DNA of 64,000 nt from Gammaproteobacteria bacterium (lineage in GTDB: Bacteria > Pseudomonadota > Gammaproteobacteria > Pseudomonadales > Litorivicinaceae), in contig JAHEDY010000001.1 of NCBI GenBank assembly GCA_024640985.1, positions 35,769 through 99,768 on the forward strand. Direction: 5' to 3'. The notes beneath the pieces are model-generated. The model was not told the origin of the DNA, searched no databases, and worked only from the letters and a program-made list of their open reading frames with translations. Each line of letters begins with the position of its first letter. The stretch's first letter is position 1. This document shows, piece by piece, positions 59,029 through 64,000 of this stretch. The translations under genes were made by a program, and so were the position numbers.

Positions 59029-59453
59029 ACTCCGGAATTTTTGTCATTCTCTCGACATTCCACTTCAAGCAAGAACGATCGATCATTAGTTTGCTGACGA
59101 ATCCACCCATCGACATAGTGAAAAACGAATTCAGCGGTGCGTTCCATACTGACGTTGGGTAGGACCCTGAGATCCACGATCTTCTTCTCATGAAGTTCGT
59201 GGAATAAGGCGCGCTCTGGATCGTCTTCATTGATCAGCAGGGTGTGATCAAACCAGTGGGATAACCAGGATTTAATCTCTGAAAACTCACCGAAATCGAC
59301 GCCGAACCCGGATTCCGTCAGTTCCGTGCAGCCAAAAGTCATTTTAAAGCTACGTGAATAACCGTGAATGAATTTACAATGGCCTGAGTGTCGCCACTGC
59401 CGATGACTGCATGGAAAGTTGTCGAAGGTTTTAATGGTTTGATAAACACTCAT
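59007..59453 (-). CDS. 6-pyruvoyl-tetrahydropterin synthase / QueD-family protein
   Basis: FPCSHRQW..HSGHCKFIHGYS (Zn-binding His cluster plus catalytic Cys) and DHTLL motif. ATG at 59453. Confidence 0.7.
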   Translation of the reverse strand: MSVYQTIKTFDNFPCSHRQWRHSGHCKFIHGYSRSFKMTFGCTELTESGFGVDFGEFSEIKSWLSHWFDHTLLINEDDPERALFHELHEKKIVDLRVLPNVSMERTAEFVFHYVDGWIRQQTNDRSFLLEVECRENDKNSGVYRPAAH

Positions 59454-59483
59454 GCACAAAGTATACGAGGTTTCGAGATCCCT

Positions 59484-60158
59484 ATGAATTGGAATTCCCC
59501 CACACATCCTGAATTTTTAACCACAGATGGTCGCCGTCTTCCTATCAACCGTGTGTTTTGTATCGCCAAAAATTATGAAGAACACGCGAAAGAAATGGGT
59601 GGTGAAGTGGATCGGAAAGCGCCGTTTCATTTTCAGAAAAGTTTTGACGCGTTGACTTTTGGGCCTGAGGTTCGCTATCCAACCCAGACTGATGATTTGC
59701 ATCATGAGGTTGAGCTGGTGGCTGTGTTGGGCCAGGGCGGTCGTCATCTCAGTCTCAAAGACGCTGAAGCGACGATTTTTGGTTATGCGGTTGGCCTCGA
59801 TTTCACACGGCGAGATCGTCAAGCCGAAGCCAAGGAAAAAGGTCGGCCTTGGGAGATCGCCAAGAATTTTGATGATGCTGGAGTGATCGGAGTGGTCACA
59901 CCAAAAACAGAGACAGGATTCATGGAGCACGCGGCCATTTCTTTAGACGTCAACGGCGAGACGCGACAGTCGGGTGATATTGATCAGATGGCTTACAACA
60001 CGGTTGAATTGATTGCCTTTTTATCCACTTTGCAAGAACTGAAAGCAGGTGATTTGGTCTTTACCGGTACCCCATCGGGCGTCGGAGCTGTGGTCCGAGG
60101 CGATCATCTGGTCGGCAAGATCGATGGGTTACAAGATCTCCAGATGACGATTGTTTAG
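59484..60158 (+). CDS. Fumarylacetoacetate hydrolase (FAH)-family protein
   Basis: VFCIAKNYEEHAKEMG, HHEVELVAV, DFTRRD and TGTPSGVG motifs of the FAH/YcgM family. ATG at 59484. Confidence 0.8.
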   Translation: MNWNSPTHPEFLTTDGRRLPINRVFCIAKNYEEHAKEMGGEVDRKAPFHFQKSFDALTFGPEVRYPTQTDDLHHEVELVAVLGQGGRHLSLKDAEATIFGYAVGLDFTRRDRQAEAKEKGRPWEIAKNFDDAGVIGVVTPKTETGFMEHAAISLDVNGETRQSGDIDQMAYNTVELIAFLSTLQELKAGDLVFTGTPSGVGAVVRGDHLVGKIDGLQDLQMTIV

Positions 60159-60451
60159 GGCAGACGAATCCCCAACCGGCGGAGGAATTTTTTTTCGAAT
60201 CGCCAAAAATAGGTGAACTGTCCGGCCAATGTGCCTACGACGATCAAGAGGCATTGGTAGATTGGGAAAATAATTAGAATACGGAGTGGCCAAAAAATCC
60301 ACGGCGAAAGAGTGTCAGTGGTGATTCCAAAAAATTGAAGTACGGGTTCCGCCAGGATAACGGAGGCCGATCCAGTGACTGAAAAAACGGTAAAGATCAC
60401 AATTAATTGCCACGGTGAATCTGCCTTGAATAGGGTCATTAGTTTTTGCAT
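60155..60451 (-). CDS. Small hypothetical membrane protein (2-3 TM)
   Basis: 98 aa with hydrophobic segments (WQLIVIFTVFSVTGSASVIL; IFWPLRILIIFPIYQCLLIVVGTL) and a basic C-terminus. Confidence 0.5.
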   Translation of the reverse strand: MQKLMTLFKADSPWQLIVIFTVFSVTGSASVILAEPVLQFFGITTDTLSPWIFWPLRILIIFPIYQCLLIVVGTLAGQFTYFWRFEKKFLRRLGIRLP

Positions 60452-60484
60452 GCATGAGTCTCAGGCTGGGAATCGTTTTTTCAA

Positions 60485-61606
60485 TTAACGCATTAAAGCT
60501 TTTGCTCTCTCTCTTGCGCGCGTTGCTTGAATATTATCACCTGATGCTTCATAACAATAACCTAACAATAGTTCACTAATTGGATCGGATGAATTGAGAT
60601 CGCGGACGCGCAGTGCTGACTCAATGGCCTCTCGCGGTTGTTGATTGGCGACCAGCAGTTCGGCATATAACCGCCAAGCACTATGTTCATTTGGCAGGAT
60701 TTTCAGCGCTCGCGTGGTGAGCGATAAAGCCGACCCAAATTTTTTCTCGGCTCCTTGTTTTCGAGCCTCTGAGATGAGAGTCAACCCACTTTCTAGTGAT
60801 TGAATTTCCGTTTTCGCACGAGTGAATTCAGGACTGGTGATTTGGCCTTGGTTTGGATATTTCGCGACTTCAGCTCGAATGGCAGCGAGTCGTTCGCGAC
60901 TGATGGGGTGTGTGCCGAGGAGTTTCTGCGCCACAGAATTTCCGCCTGCACCAAGCTCAGCAAGCTTTTCTTGCATACCAACAGCACCATTTGGATCAAA
61001 ACCCGCCCGGACCATTAAGTCCACACCCACCCGATCTGCTTCGAGTTCATTGGACTGGCTGTACTGCCCCATTAAAATATTTTGACCAAGGCCAATCAGT
61101 TTGTTGGAACCCGGTTTGGTTCCAGGTTCGGAGATTCCAATCTCAATGACTTGTGCTGCTAGTCCAACCAAAGCGCCGAAAGTCTCACGACCAGTGCCGT
61201 GAAGCTCAATGCTGTGCGCCATCTCATGACCCAAGACCGAGACAAGTTCGGCTTCGGTTTCAACGGCATTGATCAAACCGTAGTTCACGCCCATTTTGCC
61301 GCCAGGCAGCGCCCAAGCGTTGATTGAACCTTCATTGATCAACCGAATCTCCCATGGAAATGGCGAGTTGGCTGTTTTTGCTAATCGTTGAATGAGTCCG
61401 TTTAAATAATTGGTCGTTACCGGAAACTGGGTGAGATCACCGCCTGATTGGGCCAAAGCAAAGGGGTATTGGCGTCGGCCTTTTTGGATTTCTTGTTGTG
61501 GATCCGTGACCACTTGAACGACTGAATCGATGGGATCCCTAACCGGATTTTGACATCCGACAAGCGTGGTTGCTGCCAGACACAGGGCAAGGATCGATGT
61601 CTTCAT
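60485..61606 (-). CDS. M48-family Zn metalloprotease lipoprotein with C-terminal TPR region (BepA/YcaL-like)
   Basis: Lipobox LVGC, HEMAHS (HExxH), downstream E ligand (NELEADR) and TPR-like helical repeats. Confidence 0.8.
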   Translation of the reverse strand: MKTSILALCLAATTLVGCQNPVRDPIDSVVQVVTDPQQEIQKGRRQYPFALAQSGGDLTQFPVTTNYLNGLIQRLAKTANSPFPWEIRLINEGSINAWALPGGKMGVNYGLINAVETEAELVSVLGHEMAHSIELHGTGRETFGALVGLAAQVIEIGISEPGTKPGSNKLIGLGQNILMGQYSQSNELEADRVGVDLMVRAGFDPNGAVGMQEKLAELGAGGNSVAQKLLGTHPISRERLAAIRAEVAKYPNQGQITSPEFTRAKTEIQSLESGLTLISEARKQGAEKKFGSALSLTTRALKILPNEHSAWRLYAELLVANQQPREAIESALRVRDLNSSDPISELLLGYCYEASGDNIQATRARERAKALMR

Positions 61607-62625
61607 AACTGCTTAACAGGAATGGCATTCTGTCCAAGGGATGCGTTCGAAATTCCCGCATTATTTTTCAATAAGGCCTGTTCGGCTCGATAGCTCGAGC
61701 GGACCATTGGACCCGAGACGACTTCAAGAAAACCTCGCTCTAACCCCCATTCCCGATACTGATCAAATTGTTCAGGGGTGACGTATCGGTCGATCGGGAG
61801 ATGATTAACCGTCGGTCTCAGATATTGACCAAAGGTGACGATATCGACTTGGTGTTGCCGCATGTCGTCCATGGCCTGTTTGATTTCATCATCGGTTTCA
61901 CCCAAGCCCAACATCAGGCTCGTTTTGGTTAATACATCAGGACGATGGTGTTTGCCGTGTGCGAGCACTTGCAGAGTTTGTTCATAACTCGCCCTCGGAT
62001 CACGGACCGGGTGGGTGAGTCGCTCGACGGTTTCGACATTTTGTGCAAAAACCTCCAGTCCCGAATCAACCAACACTTCGACATCCTTCATGACACCCTG
62101 AAAGTCAGGCGTTAATGCTTCAACTGCAGTTTCCGGACATTGCTGTTTGATGGCACGGACGGTGGCTGCAAAATGATTGGCACCGCCATCGGCGAGATCG
62201 TCACGGTTGACGCTTGTCAAAACCACATATTTCAGGCCCATTAGAGCCACGGACTCCGCAGTATTTTGTGGTTCTTCGAGATCCAGCCAACCTTTGGGAT
62301 TGCCCGTATCGACAGCACAGAATTGACATGCACGGGTACATACCGATCCCATGAGCATGATGGTTGCGGTGCCGGCACTCCAGCATTCTCCAATATTTGG
62401 GCACATAGCCTCTTCGCAGACGGTTGATAAGCGGTGCGTCCGCACGATCTTTTTTACGTCTTGGTAGCCTTGCCCACCAGGACTGACAAAACGCAACCAT
62501 CTGGGCTTGTCACCGCGTGGTGCTTGCTCATCTGTCCGGCGCTTTTGACCATTTTTGATGGCCTTGACACCCACATCATTGATGATTTTGTCTCCGCTTT
62601 TAGGGCGGACTTTCTGGTCTGTCAT
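61603..62625 (-). CDS. lipA: Lipoyl synthase
   Basis: Auxiliary cluster [12 protein letters not shown] and radical-SAM [12 protein letters not shown] overlaps on both sides. Confidence 0.93.
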   Translation of the reverse strand: MTDQKVRPKSGDKIINDVGVKAIKNGQKRRTDEQAPRGDKPRWLRFVSPGGQGYQDVKKIVRTHRLSTVCEEAMCPNIGECWSAGTATIMLMGSVCTRACQFCAVDTGNPKGWLDLEEPQNTAESVALMGLKYVVLTSVNRDDLADGGANHFAATVRAIKQQCPETAVEALTPDFQGVMKDVEVLVDSGLEVFAQNVETVERLTHPVRDPRASYEQTLQVLAHGKHHRPDVLTKTSLMLGLGETDDEIKQAMDDMRQHQVDIVTFGQYLRPTVNHLPIDRYVTPEQFDQYREWGLERGFLEVVSGPMVRSSYRAEQALLKNNAGISNASLGQNAIPVKQL

Positions 62626-64000
62626 GCAGCTTCCGTTGGTGTGTCAGCATAGTCCGAGAGTGGGGGACAACTGCACACGAGGTTACGATCACCATAAACA
62701 TTATCAATTCGAGCCACCGGTGGCCAATACCGATCTTTCTTCAATGCAGTGATCGGGAAGGCCGCTTGTTGACGTGAAAACGCGTGTGGCCATTCATTCG
62801 CGGTGACAGCTTCGACTGTGTAGGGAGCATGCCGAAGGACGGAATCGTCGGCCGCGCTCTCGCCATTCTCGATTGACGCAATTTCCTGGCGAATGGCGAT
62901 CATGGCATCACAGAAGCGATCGAGTTCAGCCAAGGGTTCGCTTTCTGTCGGCTCAATCATCAAAGTGCCTGCGACTGGCCAACTCATCGTTGGCGCATGG
63001 AATCCATAGTCAATGAGTCGCTTGGCGATATCATCGACCGTCACACCGGCGCTGTCTTTGACAACTCGTGTATCGAGAATGCACTCGTGAGCCACAAACC
63101 CTTGGCTGTCCTTGTAGAGGATCGGGTAGGCATCTTGAAGCCGCTTGGCGATGTAGTTCGCTGATAAAATGGCATTTTCAGTCGCCGCTGTCAGGCCGTC
63201 AGGACCCATCATGCGGATATACATCCAGGAGATTGGGAGAATCATGGCAGAGCCAAAAGGCGCTGCAGACACCGGACCAACTGCGGATGAAGCGCCGAAC
63301 TCCGGATGTCCCGGGATAAAAGGTGCTAGGTGTTCGGCAACCCCAATGGGGCCGACACCTGGACCGCCACCACCGTGAGGAATGCAGAAGGTCTTGTGTA
63401 AATTCAGATGTGATACGTCAGATCCGATGAGCCCTGGGCTCGTGAGGCCAACCTGCGCATTTAAATTGGCGCCGTCGAGATAAATCTGTCCGCCGACTGA
63501 ATGCACTAACTCACAGACCTCTTGTACCGCGACCTCGAACACCCCGTGAGTCGATGGATAGGTGATCATCAAACAGGAGATGTTGGTTCCATGTGTCTCC
63601 ACTTTGGCTCTCAGATCATCGATGTCGATGTTGCCATCGGGATCGCATCCAACCACGACCACATCTAATCCAACCATTTGTGCACTTGCTGGATTCGTCC
63701 CATGGGCTGAGGAAGGAACCAGGCAGATGGTCCGGTGACCTTCACCGCGAGACTGATGGTAGCCCTGAATTGCAAGAAGTCCGGCGTATTCCCCTTGAGC
63801 ACCTGAATTCGGTTGTAATGAGATCGCGGCATAATCAGTGATTTCGGACAACCAGTCATCGAGATTTTGGATCATTTCCTGATAGCCCAGACGCTGATTT
63901 TCTGGTGCAAACGGATGAATGAACGCAAATTCAGGCCAAGTGATCGGGGTCATCTCGGAGGCTGCATTGAGTTTCATGGTGCAGGATCCAAGCGGAATCA
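62622..64000 (-). CDS. gcvP: Glycine dehydrogenase (decarboxylating), C-terminal part (partial; continues beyond the window)
   Basis: [22 protein letters not shown]...[16 protein letters not shown]...[10 protein letters not shown]...[16 protein letters not shown] (PLP-Lys) matches the C-terminal half of single-chain GcvP. The reading frame stays open to base 64000. Confidence 0.9.
   Translation of the reverse strand, partial: IPLGSCTMKLNAASEMTPITWPEFAFIHPFAPENQRLGYQEMIQNLDDWLSEITDYAAISLQPNSGAQGEYAGLLAIQGYHQSRGEGHRTICLVPSSAHGTNPASAQMVGLDVVVVGCDPDGNIDIDDLRAKVETHGTNISCLMITYPSTHGVFEVAVQEVCELVHSVGGQIYLDGANLNAQVGLTSPGLIGSDVSHLNLHKTFCIPHGGGGPGVGPIGVAEHLAPFIPGHPEFGASSAVGPVSAAPFGSAMILPISWMYIRMMGPDGLTAATENAILSANYIAKRLQDAYPILYKDSQGFVAHECILDTRVVKDSAGVTVDDIAKRLIDYGFHAPTMSWPVAGTLMIEPTESEPLAELDRFCDAMIAIRQEIASIENGESAADDSVLRHAPYTVEAVTANEWPHAFSRQQAAFPITALKKDRYWPPVARIDNVYGDRNLVCSCPPLSDYADTPTEAA

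Noticed and set aside
1-64000. Searched for tRNA/rRNA genes, CRISPR repeats, IS elements or transposases, phage integrases, toxin-antitoxin pairs and known defence-system hallmark genes.
   Set aside because: Intergenic spaces are all 311 bp or shorter and show no cloverleaf-like or repeat-spacer structure. No ORF has transposase, integrase (other than xerD), nuclease-helicase or other defence-type motifs that I recognise.

Overview
The window is a densely packed, about 90% coding, chromosomal segment that looks gammaproteobacterial. Supporting synteny: uvrA<>ssb divergent pair, fabA-fabB, ffh / rpsP-rimM-trmD-rplS, xerD-dsbC-(aminotransferase)-hom-thrC-recJ, prfB-lysS, gcvP-lipA. I call about 60 CDS and found no rRNA, tRNA, CRISPR array, IS or transposase, integrase (other than xerD) or prophage genes by eye. 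Many genes use GTG or TTG starts, and many junctions are 1-, 4- or 8-nt overlaps, which implies translational coupling.

Most of the window is housekeeping:
- DNA repair: uvrA, ssb, recJ, xerD.
- Fatty acid synthesis: fabAB.
- Translation: prfC, prfB with its programmed +1 frameshift, lysS, the rpsP operon.
- Amino-acid metabolism: Thr biosynthesis, glycine cleavage and lipoate.
- PHA locus: phaP-phaR<>phaC.

Accessory content sits mainly between recJ and prfB (35.4-50.7 kb). It comprises an IclR/ABC-2 exporter/SDR module, DoxX<>LysR, maeB, a phosphoribosyltransferase (PRT), an amino-acid ABC importer with no ATPase gene, gloA and an RND pump. A second RND pump and csrA lie at 16-20.7 kb.

The most unusual locus is a six-gene, translationally coupled operon immediately downstream of lysS (53.44-59.03 kb). 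It contains three cyclic-nucleotide-binding-like domains, a truncated HlyD-like adaptor that keeps only the membrane anchor and C-terminal barrel, two ABC-exporter-like membrane proteins and an MFS transporter. In both ABC-like proteins the nucleotide-binding domains have lost essentially all catalytic residues: Walker A Lys, Walker B Glu, the LSGGQ signature and the H-loop His. It resembles a decayed or repurposed cNMP-regulated type I (bacteriocin-type) exporter, and I flag it as the candidate undescribed system.

All family assignments come from reading motifs in the supplied translations. No database search was run.
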